Numbered from the stretch's first letter, positions 26,047-39,665 are shown. The stretch is DNA of 64,000 nucleotides from Fistulifera solaris (GCA_030295235.1 AP026153.1:496001-560000), one strand, 5' to 3'. Notes: a model not told the origin generated them from the sequence alone. Numbers and translations: made by a program.

Positions 26047-27203
26047 TTATATATCAAGATCCTCCTCTTCGTCATCGTCATCGCCGTCTACTTCATCCTC
26101 GTCATCAAAATCCAAATCATCCAAATCAACATCGTCGTCAAACAAATCCTCTTGAACGTTGTCCATGTCATCATCAACGTCTTCTTCATCCGAATCACGT
26201 TCCGCATTTTCGGCCGCCGCCTCGAACAGATCCAACGTGTTTGACTTGTTCGTAAACAGTTGATATCCCGTCAAACGATCGGACTTGTCGACTTCATTCT
26301 TCCCGCCTTTCTTTTTACTCATTTCCATCTTTTCCAATTCGCGTTCCTCGTCTCGTTTCTGTGCCATTTCCGCTTCAAAACGTTTTTTCCACGCCAGGAA
26401 ATTTTCCTTGTTGCAGGGAGTGCCTTCGGCACGTCGTTTTCGGACTTCCAAATCTTCCTTTTCCGCTTCCGTCATTTCTTCTGTAATAATTTGTGATTCA
26501 AAGACGCGTTGCTTTTCTTGCTGTATTTGTGACTGTACAATGGCGAGGGAAACAACATGAGATGATGAGGGGAATAATGTCTCGCAAATATTATCCGCAA
26601 CGATGTACGAGAAGCTTTTGACTTGTTTCGCCTTGTCGGCGAAACAAGAAAAGAAAAAAAGACATTGCACGGATCTTGTTTACGATTGTATCTATATCTT
26701 CTAGCACTGTTTGGGTTGAGGTATTGTCTTCACTGGTTGGTTTAAAAAGGCCAACCAGTGACATTGTTGCACAGTGCAGTCAAGCGGCTCCATATATACA
26801 CGTACCGCTTGTTGTTTTCGTAACATTTGGGCATGCATCGACAAGTCATCCAAACCCGGTCGATTGTTTTCTAACAACCATTCACGGAGACACTCCGCTA
26901 CGGAAAAGATACTCGGCGAACCTTCATTCGCCGCCGCTTCTGGTTGGCCAAGTGTAGCAATTCTTGCTGATGTTCCGGTGCCAATCCTTTCACAATTTCA
27001 ATCTCCAACAAGGGCAATGTTTCCGGATACGTGGGTGGAAGTGATACGAGCAGTTGGCATCCAACATGATTTTCGGCGTCCGGATCGGTTTCCGGAAATA
27101 ACGTGACGACCCATCGATTTGATGCTTCGATCGTAAAATGATGATCGAAAATTGCTGCCAAGGCTTCGGCTTCCATTTCTTGTTCTTCGGCGTGATCTGT
27201 CAT
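26047..27203 (-). CDS. RWD-domain protein (RWDD1/Gir2-like), one intron about 26533-26805
   Basis: EQEMEAEAL.AIF, PTYPETLP, GTPCNKENF.AWK.RF, RLTGYQLF and an acidic tail. Confidence 0.85.
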
Positions 27204-27540
27204 GATACTGTTTGTTTTGTTTGTAAAGGAATGAATGATGCCTGTAATAAATGCGCTGCAACACGCAAGCTATGCAACGAACGAACTGAAACTGAAACCT
27301 GAGGCGTCTGTATGTAGTGCGACAACGAGTTTGTTGCGCCGCGCGCCAATGCGCACCACACGTAAAAAACAATAAAGCCCTTAACCGTAGTGAAGTACAA
27401 AAGATACTTTTCTCATCATCATCGCGAGGCTCGTTTCATACCCCAAGAAAAAGATCTCGCATTCCATCGCGCTTGTTTGATATTCGTTCTTCACTAATAC
27501 ATGTATTATTGACTAAGAAATCTACTAATTTGGATTGATT

Positions 27541-29644
27541 TTAAAGAAAGAAACCTCCAATTAACGCCATCCAAACACCCATCGCAACGACTCGAATCCA
27601 ACCCGAACTGGTGGGAGTTTCAACGGTTGTCGGAGCAGGCTCACTTGGTGCCGTAGGTTCAGCCGGAGTCGGTGCAGTAGGTTCATCGGCAGTGGGTTCG
27701 GCGGGAGTCGGGGCAGTGGGTTCCGCAGGAGTCGGGGCAGTGGGTTCCGCAGGAGTGGGCGCTGTCGGTTCGCTCGGCGTTTCTGCGGCAACGACTTCAT
27801 AATGAGCCATCATTCCGATATCACTGTGAGAAGGCATGTGACAGTGGACGAGAAACATTTCACCGGGCTGCACTTTGTTGAAGCAAACATGAATGGTAAT
27901 ATTCTCATTGATGGCTTCCGTGTCGCGCCAGTACGGTTCCTCGACATCGACTCCATCTCTTTTCAAAACTAAAAACTCGGCCGTGTGCGTGTGGAACGGA
28001 TGACCGGTTCCGGGAGGGAACGCCGTGACATCCCACGTCTCGCAAGTACCGGCGGTCACTTGACCCGCGGCGACACGTGGATTCCAAATGCGATCGTTGA
28101 AACCGAACGCGACGGGGACGCCCGGTGGGTTGGCGATGGTTTCATCGAACGGAAATTGGAAGAGCGGATAGGCATCCACGTCTTGTTGCATTTGAACCAA
28201 TTTGGTGGCGACGGATGGCTGCGCGGCGAGTGCTTGGTAGTTTTCCGAATATCCCGGCAGTTCAATCGAATCCGTCGTGAGACCCTGTCGCGTCGTGGCC
28301 GTGGTGCCTTCCGCCACATTGATCACGGCGACTTCCCGCTCAACCGCATACGATACGCAGGGCGCTACGGGGATTCCAAATTGTTCTTGACAAAATTCGG
28401 GAGTGCTGGGCAAGGCTTCCCACGGGGCACGCGTCATGATGAAGGTTCCGGGTGTGTCGAACTGGACCAAGAATTCCACTCGCTGTCCACCGTGCAACTG
28501 AATCTCGTCCACTTCCATGGGCGTGGGGACGGGAAGCCCATCCAAGCCAACAATAATCATCTTGTGGTCCGGAATGGAAAGATACATGTAAGGCTCGACA
28601 CCGGCGTGAGCTACGCGGAAGAGAGCCTTTTCTCCTTGCTCAAACGTGTACGAGGTGGCGCTGGGAAGATGTCCATTGCACACCGACGTCCAGTTGAATT
28701 GCATGACAATGGGGAAAAGAGGAGGTACACTACCATCCGGATTGACGAGACCTTCGGACAGCATCATTAATACTTCGGAAGCACCTTCGACACCCGGCGC
28801 CGTGGTAAGGTAGGGAGTGTCGTCCGAAGCCGGAAGGACTTCGATAAATCCCATCAACGACGACATGTACGAGTAAGCCGCCGTTCCGCCCGCATGGTTG
28901 TGATACCAGTAAAGACCGGTCTCTTGATCTTCCGGTAACTCAAACGTGTACGTTTTCTCTTCTCCACCGTCAATGGATGTATGGACGTCTTCTTCCGTGA
29001 ACGAAAGAGACATGCCGTGGAAGTGGAGGTTCATGTAGTTGAGACCCCAATAGCCAAACTGGGGAGCACCCTGAGAGAAAAAAAGAAAGACATGTTGAGT
29101 AAAACAAGTCAGGAGAATACGACACAACTATGCGATCAGGTACTTACATAAGCTCCGAGAGGAGAAATTCGGTTCACAATGGCCGTGACATTGTTTTCGT
29201 CACTTTCCGCATCACGAACGTACGCATAAAGCTCCCTATCCAAGTCCGAGCCGGGCGGCAAGTTGTTGCGGAGCGTAACTTTCATGGTATCTCCGGGACG
29301 CACCCGTAAGGTGGGTCCTACCGGCAAACCGTTGTAACCAGGAGCGAGGCGGGTTCCGGTTTCCGACCATTCAATGCCGTTCAGCGATTCGACCATGTCG
29401 ACAGTGAGAGTGACTTCGAGTAGACCATTCTCACTGGAAATGACTTCCGGCTGACAGAGCGGAAAGTGAATGCAGGAAATGAATGCAGGAAAGAAAGAGA
29501 AATAACAAATAAAACGTCAGATACCGCCCGGCAATCAATTGCTGACAGCGAAAGAACAATGAACAAACTCACCTGGTAGCTCAAATCCGCAGCGAAAGCT
29601 CTTCCCAGAAAAGCAAGTAGGAAAGAAACAGACGACAATTTCAT
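27541..29644 (-). CDS. Secreted multicopper oxidase with mucin-like stalk and hydrophobic (GPI-like) C-terminus, 3 exons
   Basis: NLHFHG, WYHNH, HPFHTH and HCHMPSHSDIGM copper motifs; introns about 29451-29572 and about 29071-29149. Confidence 0.92.
27620..27785 (-). repeat. Coding 24-bp repeat (EPTAPTPA)n
   Basis: Repeated peptide in the oxidase stalk. Confidence 0.85.
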
Positions 29645-30216
29645 GGTAAAGCAATCCAACAAATGCGCTTTTGCGTGTGTTATACGAAAAATCTTTGTGC
29701 CCGCTTGTTTGTGAGAGGTATCATCGGTTGGATCTTTTGTGTTTTCGCTTCATGCAATCTATGCTTCCGCATAACCGCAATAACACCAAAGACTGAAAAC
29801 ACATGAGCCCCGGCAAGATGTCGTTTATACTTACAGTATCGAGTCTGAAATAGCTACATGACGAAGACCCTACTATATATTATATAGTCGTTGTGTTGGT
29901 CCTGTACTTTAAGTCGTCACTAGCAAAGTGTACAGAAGTTAGAACTTCGCTGTTCCGTGTTCCACGTATGTCTGCAATGATAAGTACCTTAAAGTTGATT
30001 TCTGATTTCACGGTTTGCCGTTTGACGTTTTAAATCACTTCAAAATTCAAAAGAACCAAAAGGGCAATAGATTATGGTCCGTGATCCGTGATCCATATCA
30101 CTGTTTCTGCTGTCCTCCCTGTTTCTGGTACAGTTTCTACGGCGACAGGTGACAGCCCGTACTACTTATTGTATCAGAGTCAATGCTGCTGTGCAGTTTT
30201 GGCAAACGTGCGATCA

Positions 30217-31323
30217 ATGAGTACCGCTAGGACAGATGACGCAAGAAGCAACAATACATACCGATCGCCGGTGCCGACGAAGTTCGTCCTCTCATTCTTG
30301 ATGACCATGCTACTGGCAGCCGTCGTTGCGGCGCTGATCATAAACAATCTACAATTACATCTACCAGGAACTTTAACACAAGGCGAAGGGGTCACTTCGT
30401 TAGCACAGTTGAAAACAGACCGAGAATTGCTTTTCTTGTGCGGAACGAAACAAGGGTCGCTGTGGACGTTTTCTTTCAAGGACGATGGCGTTCAACAACA
30501 CAACAAAGTTCAGGTCACAAATGGACGCTATCCAATCTTTAGCATGGCGGTCGATGAAAACGATGGCACAGTATTTTGTGGCGGAAGTGATCGATTTGTG
30601 ACGGTTCTAGCGGCAACCCATCGTGACGACAACAACCATTTCATCGCTACTGAACTTCAAAGACTTGGACCACACACAGGCTGGGTGCAAGATGTCTTTC
30701 TGGCTTCACCCAATCTTCTCTATAGCATTGGGTGCAATTGCATCGAATCATGGCAGAAGCAATCCGATCGAAAATGGAAGCCAGGAAAACGATTCGTCAT
30801 CGAAAGTGACGTTGCGATGGGATGTACATTATCGAGTGATCTCTTGTGCTTGGCATGTCGAAAAGACACATTGTATGCCGGCGGTGTAGATGGACGCATT
30901 CATGCGTTCCGGAAGGACGAGCACTCGGCAGTGGCAGCGCACAAAGGGCGTGTTAACGCCTTGATGACCACTACGATCCGTGGAATCGATTCCGTTCTTA
31001 CGGCGAGTCACGACGGTTGGGTGTATCAGTGGAAAATGCAACCGGATGATCAAACAAGATTGGAGCGCGTACAAGCATTTCAATCGCAGGAAAGAAATAC
31101 GGCCATTCTGCAAATTCGACTGGACAAGAATGACACCGAGGGCTGTTTCGTCGTGGGGACCAGTCGTGGAACCATTTTACTACTTTCGGATTCGATGGAC
31201 TTGCTACAAACCTTTTGTCTACCGGAACCTGTCGCAATAACGGCATTCCTGCATGTACCTGATGCTAAAATGGTACTTGTCGCTCACTCATTAGGCTTGG
31301 GTGCTTTTCATTACAGTTCATAA
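30217..31323 (+). CDS. WD40-repeat protein
   Basis: HTGWV, GGVDGRI, AHKGRVN and TASHDG motifs; start codon uncertain. Confidence 0.75.
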   Translation: MSTARTDDARSNNTYRSPVPTKFVLSFLMTMLLAAVVAALIINNLQLHLPGTLTQGEGVTSLAQLKTDRELLFLCGTKQGSLWTFSFKDDGVQQHNKVQVTNGRYPIFSMAVDENDGTVFCGGSDRFVTVLAATHRDDNNHFIATELQRLGPHTGWVQDVFLASPNLLYSIGCNCIESWQKQSDRKWKPGKRFVIESDVAMGCTLSSDLLCLACRKDTLYAGGVDGRIHAFRKDEHSAVAAHKGRVNALMTTTIRGIDSVLTASHDGWVYQWKMQPDDQTRLERVQAFQSQERNTAILQIRLDKNDTEGCFVVGTSRGTILLLSDSMDLLQTFCLPEPVAITAFLHVPDAKMVLVAHSLGLGAFHYSS

Positions 31324-31409
31324 ACAGAAAATATTTTATTATTCCACCTTCGACGGACGACCACAATACCTTTCTGATAAATCTGTAATTACTTTTCTTC
31401 TTACTTTGC

Positions 31410-34400
31410 CTACTGCTTGGCTTTCCCAATGTTAAACATTTGGGCCCAAAAGTCCTTCGGAATCCAATTGAATGCGTTGCGTTCCAAACGCGCTTTCGCT
31501 ACCCCGTGCAAGAGCTCAAACGCATTTGCGTCGATTTTGGAGAGGCTTTTCATAATGTCGATCTTGGCACCAAACACTTCGTTCTTTGCCAACTGCTCGC
31601 TGGTATGTTCGACGTCGAAAAGACTCTCGAGATACTTGAGATGCGTATGGACAGTTCTCTCCGTCACGGCAGCAGTCATCAGACCGTTGCAACCTCGTCG
31701 TAGACACACACCACCGGCAACGGATAGTTGACGGGTCTCGAGTCCACAACTAGGCTCGTCGCATCGGACCACACCATCGTAATACTTGGTCATGAGTCCA
31801 CGTGTCCAGATCGAAGTGGCGTTCATGATGCGACTGCAGCACTCAAATAGATTCTTTTGGCCCCAAAAGTTAGGTCGTACGCAACTTGGATTGGTGCAAG
31901 TAAAACCCGAGGCCAGCTGCTGTGTTCCTCCCACTTTGTCATCGGTGGCATAGAGAACTCCAGGAAATTCATTCTCTTGACCGCAAGCAAAACAAAAGAG
32001 TCGCAGTTTCTCAACATCTTTAAAGCGTTCAACATCTGACAGCAACGAGGAAGGACGAAAGTTCATGTCGACGTCTTCCTCCGTGTTATCCCGACCGTCG
32101 ATGTAGCTCGAATTGCCATAGCGCTTCACGTCCAAATGAAGCTTTGCGGCGAGAATCTGCTGCGAAGTACCTTCGATGGGATCGCACAAACGGGCAATAG
32201 GAGGAAGGATCTGCATCGACAGATACCACTCGACATCGGGTTTGAGCACCCCGTTGCTGCGCACGATTTCTTCCGGGTGTCGAGCCCTCTCAATCGGAGA
32301 AGTAGTCGTGGGTTTCGGTCGACCCTCTTCGTCCACTTCTTCAATAGGTGCTGTAATCACGTACGGAATGTGATCCCCAGTATTCACGGGACGATTGTTT
32401 CTCAGCATCTCTTTGGCAACCAGAACATGTGGAAGTGACTTCGCATCGGGATAGTCGTTCGGGTGTTTGCTGAGACCTTTGGTAATCACGTACTTCTCCA
32501 AGGGCAGAGCTCCTGCGCGCATATCTTCTGCTACTTTCTCCAGATGGGCGTGAATGTTGTGCAATACAACTTCACTGTCTTCGCCAGAAAGGATTTGACT
32601 GGTGATATATTTACCAGTCTCTTTCGATTGCACGCACCAATCACGACGCACCAAGTCTAGACCTTTGAGTTCTTCCCCGTATTTGATAGTTCCATCGGGA
32701 AGCTCTTCTACTGTCTTTGCTGCGTATTTCTTCTTTTTTAGTAGAAGCATCGAGCGGAAGATTCCATCAATCTCCAACTCCAAAGTGCGGTACTGACGGT
32801 TAACCTGCTTCTTGACGAGTTCTCCCAGCTGCCTCACCTTCGGAAGGTCTTGCTCGCTTTTCAAACGCGTGTTGATCATGATACTATCCGTGTCACCATA
32901 AATCACGTCAAGTCCAACGGAGTTCTGAGCAATATCCACGGTACGCTGCAGAGTGTCTCGTCCCTTTGCAGTAACAAGCGCGGCGATGGGCTGTGCGAAA
33001 AAGCGAGAGTTGGAGAAACCCAAACATCCGTACATGGAGTTTGCCGTCAACTTCAAAGCTTTCTGACGAATGTCCAGCTATATCGGGAATGGTAAAGCAA
33101 AAGTAGTTAGCTACAAAGCCCAGTGTATGCATAGCCACGTACGTGTATTCGATAAAACGCACCTCTTCTTTCTTTGAAGGATCGGTCTCGCTCTTCAAGA
33201 TTTTCTTGACGTTACGACGGCGGTCGACAAGCGTTTGAATGACAGTCGGAAGGACACCACGTTCCACTTGCGCATCTGGAATCGGTGCTTCATCGTCGTG
33301 AATGTGCTTCGACCAGTCAATAGTGGTGAAACACAAGTTATACTCTTGAATGATGGAAGGGTATAGACTGTTGAAATCCAGCAAAAGAATGAAGGAGTCA
33401 TAAAGTCCTTTTTGGGTTCCAAGACCAAACCACCGCTGTACTTCGCCTTATTAGTCGTCACCGACTTCTTTTGTTTCTCCGGAGGGATGAACTTGAGACG
33501 ATGGAACTCATGGAGCAGCAAATACTCGGTTCGTTCCGCTCGATTACCACGCAATGTGTGAGACCAAATGTTGCCTGCAATGCATGTCAATTGCTTCGTG
33601 AGCGGCAAAACCTGCAACTTGAAGAGCAATCCCTGTACCAACTGCGCATCGTGCAAGGTTGTCATGGCCAATTGCGTGACAGTTGCTCCCGATTGAAAGT
33701 AAGCCGGTACATCCACAGCTTCAATCTCACGACGGGCTTGCTTCAATTGCGTTTCTGCCAGATTCGTCAACGAATACGTGGTCTCGCGTAATAGTTCCTT
33801 CGCCGACAAGTATGTGTCACAGAGCAAACGCCCGACCAGAGCCTCTTGAATGGCATAATCCTTGCGTGCCTTGCCTTGGAACGCCGCACCAGTTCGACGA
33901 CGTCGGCCGAGTTGGGCCCATGTCGAGATCTTCAACTCGGTACAACGCATCAACAACACTTCCAAATCAAAGCCCGCCGCGTTGTGTCCCACAATACAGT
34001 CGGGGTCCCAAATTAACAACTGCGCCATGAGCCGCGAAATCAAGGCCCGCTCGTTCTGTTCTTGACGAATGACACCACTGGCCCGAAAGTCTCTCGGCAA
34101 CGACGGCTGCTGCCACGGTCGCACAATCACCAAGGCCGATTGATGTTCGGGCGTCGCTTCGGTCGCCGTTTCAAGCATGACACGGTTGTGACACAGCGCC
34201 GCGGCCACGACAATTTCCGACTTTTGGGTCGTTGGATTGACGGCGGTTTTGAATTGCAACGTGACGGTCGTGACCGGTGGAGGAGGCGGGACATTTTCCG
34301 TGACACGATGGACTTGTTTGGGTGATGCCACCACGCACTCCACCTTGGCGTACGAAAGAGGCGCCCGGGTGGGCTGGCAATCTTGAATGCGCACCCAGCA

Positions 34401-35870
34401 CGGTCCCATGAGTTGACAATTGAGAATGAAGGTCTCCCGGATCGACGCGGTGGTGTTGAGAATGTGGCTGTACGTTTTGCCCTGACAACGTTCTTCTGGC
34501 GGCGGTGGATACTGCGCGGCATAGACGATTTTGAGATATTCGGTACTTTCGCGCGGAATCGTCGAGTCGTCAAATGCGTACTTTCGTTGCACCGTCTTTC
34601 CCGCCCAAGAGGCTCCCGCTTTGTTGGGAATCACATTTCCCATCAACATATTGTTAATCTCTTGATGGACTTCGAGCATGGGGTAGGGTGTACCGTCGGC
34701 TTGTTGGCGCGGCAAACAATAGAGACTGCGTGTGATTCCCGTGACATGCACACACGCACTGACAAACTGATCGTTCGGTGCTGGGACTTTGCCAAACAAC
34801 AAAATATCTCCATTGCGTTCCGCGAGGTCCGTCCAGAACAGATCCAGGTACTTTTCGCCGTGTTCGTTGGTTTGCACGACCTGTTCGAGTGTCGCCGTGG
34901 CCCGCGGCAAATGCGTCGGCGACGGTTCTTCCATGACCGGCTCCACTGGCATCGGTAGAGTACTAGGAACTTGTTGTACGGTTTTTTCCATGGCTTCCTT
35001 GGTTTCGAGTGCCTTTTGTGCGGCCGTCGAGATGGACAACTTGGACCGTACAAAACGTCGTTTCTTGGGTTCCGGTTCTTCGACAATATCATCATCGCCT
35101 TTCGTGTCGGGCGCAAACTGCACCGATTTGGGAGTCGACGTGACTTCGGGTTTCTTGGCTTCGGGGGTCGTAACGACAGGTTCCATGTCGTCATTGTTGT
35201 CGTCATCGTTGAAGTGGACCATGGGTGCATCGTCGTCGTCGTCATTCTCCGGAGGACTGTTGTACGGAAAGTCCTTTGGCGCGGGCGGCGGCGCCGCATG
35301 CGAAGAGGGCGGTGCTGCGACAACGGGTCTGCGGTGTGGCATCGTTCGCGAAGAAGAACGATGCGCCGGACGCGACGGTGGCTTGCTGCGCAATACGGTC
35401 GGATCATCCAATTCCGCCAACAAATCATCGACATTGGGAACGGCTTTGCGTTGTTGTTGAGCGGAAACACTCGTCGTAGAAGCCCCGCGATTCACGAAAT
35501 TCCACATACTGCTGTTGCCCGCAACGGTCGTACTATTCTGCAAGGCCCGCGACTTTTGCCGCGCTTTCTTCAAGGCCTGTTCCGTCAATGCCGCATTGTT
35601 CGAACGCGACTGTTTCTTTTGTTGTTCATGATATTCGGCTTCCTCCCCAAATCGTTCTTCTCCATCGTCATAATATCCCAAACCATCGTCATCCACCACA
35701 AAGTCTTCGCGTTCGCGACGGGCTTGCACAGTTTGACGATATTCTTCTTCCGTGACTTCATCGTAAATGGCATCGTCTTCAAATTCAATCTGATCGAGAG
35801 CGGACGTGCCCGTTTCACGGGCCGAGCGGTATTTGGCCAAGGCGGCGCGACGACGACTCGCGGAGGACAT
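31410..35870 (-). CDS. POLA1: DNA polymerase alpha catalytic subunit, intron about 33077-33162, indel near 33410
   Basis: DFVVDDDG.GY N-terminus, DFNSLYPSII, KLTANSMYGCLG, YGDTDS and C-terminal zinc fingers. Confidence 0.97.
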
Positions 35871-36930
35871 CTTGTTGTTGGGAGGAAGGGGAAGACAGTA
35901 GGGCCTCTCTTGCTGCTCTGATGATGCGTCAAGGCGGTTCACAAGAACGAAAAAGACCTTGTGGAAAACAGGTGAACTGTATGTGAAGAAAGCAAAGGGA
36001 TTGGTTGCTTTTGTCGCTACAAAGAAAGGATGATGGCAATTTTCACTCCGTCTGCTTTTCTTTTGTGCTCGTGATGCTTTTATTGTGCATTATTTTGTTT
36101 TTTGTTGTTGTTGTTGTTGTTGTTGCTTGCATCATTTATTATTTCGGAGGGAACTTTATAGGCTGGCGTGCCGCGCCATTCGGCTGGGCGCGCTCCGTTT
36201 GGAAATAATGGAGGGAATAATCTATGACTGAAACCCAGCAGTCGTGGATGACTTTATGTACACTTTACGATTCTAGTAATCCATTCATTCGGTCGTCGTA
36301 CAAACGCTCTGGTTGGAAATATTTATTTATTTGATGATTGTTGACTAGCGCCTATGAGGCGGAAAAGTGATTGACTGTGTAAAACAAGTGAATAAATAAA
36401 TCATCTTATTTGCTACTAAGGTCTTAGCCAAAGGAAAATGTTGGTGAGATGACAATCTGGCTCGGACCAAACATAATATATCGTCATATTCATGGCTCAT
36501 GACTGAAATGCAGTCGTGGCGAAATACGGACAAAACACTTTGGTCCTTAGAAATCACGGAAGACAACGTTGCGCAAAGCTTTTCGACGTGAAATAGAATG
36601 GCGTGTAACGCAAACGATGCTAAAGACTACTTCATTACAACAACGACCAAGGGATCTCACCAATAGACTAGTTTCTGAATGAACGACTTTTTAGCGGAAT
36701 CATCCAATCTGGATTCATGACTGAAGTGCAGTCGTGGATAAGTTGATATTGTTTCGTTTACCGTTCAACTACAACTACTCCGTATTATTCGGTCGCCGCA
36801 CAAACGCTCTGGTTGAAGTGCTGATGCGGCATTCATTTTCACGTCATCGCGCGCCGTATTTTCGTTGTTGCTTGTTGCGATGCAACTCATAAAGCCACTC
36901 AACAATTCATTACAATACTTTTCTCTTGCA

Positions 36931-38022
36931 ATGAAATACGTAATAACATCACCGCTATTTTTCGCTCTACTTCTGTTAGCAGCAGTCATCCCACGCAAAG
37001 GAGAAGCGTACGGAATCTCTACGATAAACACACGCAACAATCTGCCGACCCGCTTGTATTCTTCTTCGTCGTCGTCGTCGTCGGCCGCCCCACAACAACA
37101 ACAGCAACAACAACAGCAAGACGCATACGAAATCGAATTTCTCAAATCACCGGATGAAGTCACAGATCAATGGGAACTCGATTGTTACAGTCGTCCCGTA
37201 ATACAACCGGGCGGCAAGAAATTGTGGGAAGTTTTGATTTGTGATTCCGGAAATTCGTTTCGCTTTCGACAAGAACTTCCTTCGTCGCAAGTCAATTCCA
37301 AGACACTAAGACAAGTCGTAGAACAGTGTGTGGAACTCGTGCCGACCGCGAAACCTTCCGTCATTCGCTTCTTCCGGGGTGCCATGTTCAATATGATGAA
37401 TGTCGCCTTGAAGGAATTGCCCGATATCACCGCCAAACCCAGTCGCTGTACCTTTGCGTTGGCCGCCTGGTTGGAAGAACGTCACGCAACAGTATATCCC
37501 CAAATGGAAGGATACAATGCACAAATGATGAATACCGCGGCGGGAGCGTCCTTCCTCAATGTCCAGACACCGGTCAAATTGCCCGATTCGCTGCGCGGCG
37601 AACGATACGCCTTTGTGTCCTTGCCACTGGCGGAATTCTTACCCGGTGGGGGTGTCAATGACGACACCATTGGTGTGGGACGACTGTGTCCTTTGCCTCC
37701 TTTACAGCAGTCAGCGGGTGATACCTTTGTTTCAGGCGTCGTCTTGTTGACACCCCGGGCCAAGGCCATGGCCACGTGGTTGGCCGGTACTGAATTGATG
37801 AGCATCAAGGCGGATTTGCGCAAACGACAACTCATTATGGAAACCGACCTTGATACGCAATATCTCATGGCGCGGTTGAATGATGAACAACGGGCCGAAG
37901 GAGCGGCCATGGAACAAGCCAAAGATCAATTGCAGGGATTGCATTTTGTGTCGGTGCAAGTCGATGAAGAGAGTGATCCGGAAGGGTTCTGGTTGTTGCG
38001 CTCTTTGCCGAGTAATATCTAA
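36931..38022 (+). CDS. TAB2: Tab2/ATAB2 plastid RNA-binding translation factor
   Basis: WELDCYSRP...KKLWEVLI, RFFR..M.N, PSRCT..L..WL.ER and GFWLL; bipartite-like presequence. Confidence 0.9.
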   Translation: MKYVITSPLFFALLLLAAVIPRKGEAYGISTINTRNNLPTRLYSSSSSSSSAAPQQQQQQQQQDAYEIEFLKSPDEVTDQWELDCYSRPVIQPGGKKLWEVLICDSGNSFRFRQELPSSQVNSKTLRQVVEQCVELVPTAKPSVIRFFRGAMFNMMNVALKELPDITAKPSRCTFALAAWLEERHATVYPQMEGYNAQMMNTAAGASFLNVQTPVKLPDSLRGERYAFVSLPLAEFLPGGGVNDDTIGVGRLCPLPPLQQSAGDTFVSGVVLLTPRAKAMATWLAGTELMSIKADLRKRQLIMETDLDTQYLMARLNDEQRAEGAAMEQAKDQLQGLHFVSVQVDEESDPEGFWLLRSLPSNI

Positions 38023-38091
38023 TAACTAAAGCAATAACGATAACAACCATTTTATACCATTATTTCTATGCTAATTCCATCTATCGATCGA

Positions 38092-38955
38092 CTACGTCAT
38101 AACGTGATGACAGACGTATAAATTCGGTCGTATGGAAGTGTTCGTCCGATCCAAAGGATCTTGATACGTGATTTGACTGGCCCACGGATTCTCTTGATAG
38201 TTGGGTAGTGTCGAATCCACCGAATGCCAAAGTTGCCAATCCCGTTCCGCATCGGCCAAAGAATGTGCCGTCAACACCACTACCACTCTGGAACTCCTGC
38301 CAGTAGTATCCCACAATCGTTCCAAGGTCGGTCGCCAGTCCTTTTGCAAATGTGGATGAGCGAATCCTGGATTGAAGAGAACAAATCCGGATGTAGGTGC
38401 TGCCTCTTGCGGCATGTCATGATATTTGCCCCGAAAAGACCATTTGAGAGACAATGTATTGTTTTCGACAGACAAAGTGTGTTGCGAGGGGACATTCTCG
38501 CATTCGGGACCGACAAAGGAGAGTGTGGTGTGTCGGTGTGTCGTGTTATTGTTGTCATCATCGGTAGATTCTAGAAACGGATGCTTGTAATACAAAAATT
38601 CATTCCAATAGGGTACCGGCAACATCGATTCGGCTCGTGCTCCTAAACACGTCCACTGGGAAACCGTGTGATCCGCACTCGCCAATGTCAAAGGTCCGGT
38701 CAATACATGGGATACCAAAGCTTCTTCGTAACGTCTCGACGATGAAAACATCCAGTTTCTCCAGTTCCAAAAATCCGTCCAGTTGTTGGGTTTCTCACTG
38801 ACGGTAGCAGTAGTAGCTGTAGGAGGAGGAAATGGAGGAGGTTGTAAACACATTTCGGCTTGTTGAGGATGGGCTTGTCCCCACAACAAGGCCGCGTCGG
38901 TATAATGGCGTTGGGTGACTGTGACTCCTCGCCAGGCGATCAGCCGCCGTTTCAT
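38092..38955 (-). CDS. MSS51-C-terminal-like domain protein
   Basis: LGARAE, FVGPE, FNPG..HP..W.PTL, TAHS..D..RD and ENPW motifs. Confidence 0.65.
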   Translation of the reverse strand: MKRRLIAWRGVTVTQRHYTDAALLWGQAHPQQAEMCLQPPPFPPPTATTATVSEKPNNWTDFWNWRNWMFSSSRRYEEALVSHVLTGPLTLASADHTVSQWTCLGARAESMLPVPYWNEFLYYKHPFLESTDDDNNNTTHRHTTLSFVGPECENVPSQHTLSVENNTLSLKWSFRGKYHDMPQEAAPTSGFVLFNPGFAHPHLQKDWRPTLERLWDTTGRSSRVVVVLTAHSLADAERDWQLWHSVDSTLPNYQENPWASQITYQDPLDRTNTSIRPNLYVCHHVMT

Positions 38956-39665
38956 TGTAAGAAGCTACTCAAGTGATCGAATGAATTCACTGCACACAAT
39001 AGAATGAATCATCATAACGAGCTTAACTCATTTGGTTCCGGTTGCTTTATTTTTTTATTCTACACCTTGGCCATTTTTTCCGTGAATTCTTGAAAAATCT
39101 CGAACTTTCACTATGACAGGGAGTGTTATTTAGGCCAGCCAAGACTGAATTGTACAGTAGTCATGAGTCATGAACTGAACAACAAAGGGTTCCGTTTTGT
39201 GTGTCTCGCATCCGTCCATTGTCATTCAACTGCGAATAAAATTATCATTACGGGTAAATAAAGTCGCAACAATGATGATTCTGAACTACTTGTTAAAAGT
39301 TTCGTTTATTTTTCACGTCGAATATCCGAGGATCGACACCTTGAATTTTCACTATAAAACGGAGTGTTGGTTTACGCCAGCCAAGACTGAATTGTACTGT
39401 ACAAGTACATTCGTTCCTTCACTCGTCGCTCCCGGCGACGCGGCTGCGGCTGCGCATTTTTGCAGGCACCTGGTGATGAAACATGAAACGAAACAAAGTC
39501 TTCTCTTATTATTTCTCAATAATCGTACGAAGTATTATAATTTGATAATCTATTTGCGCACTGGGCATTTCAAGTCTTCGTCGAGTTGAAAACAGCGCGA
39601 GGAGTCATTCATCCGGTACACACAAACAACTCGCAGCAATTAGCAATCAACGTTCTCTATATTCA

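Noticed and set aside
33471..35932. Long antisense and alternate-frame ORFs over POLA1 (likewise over hemC, the oxidase and calpain)
   Set aside because: Shadow ORFs from codon bias; no recognisable motifs.
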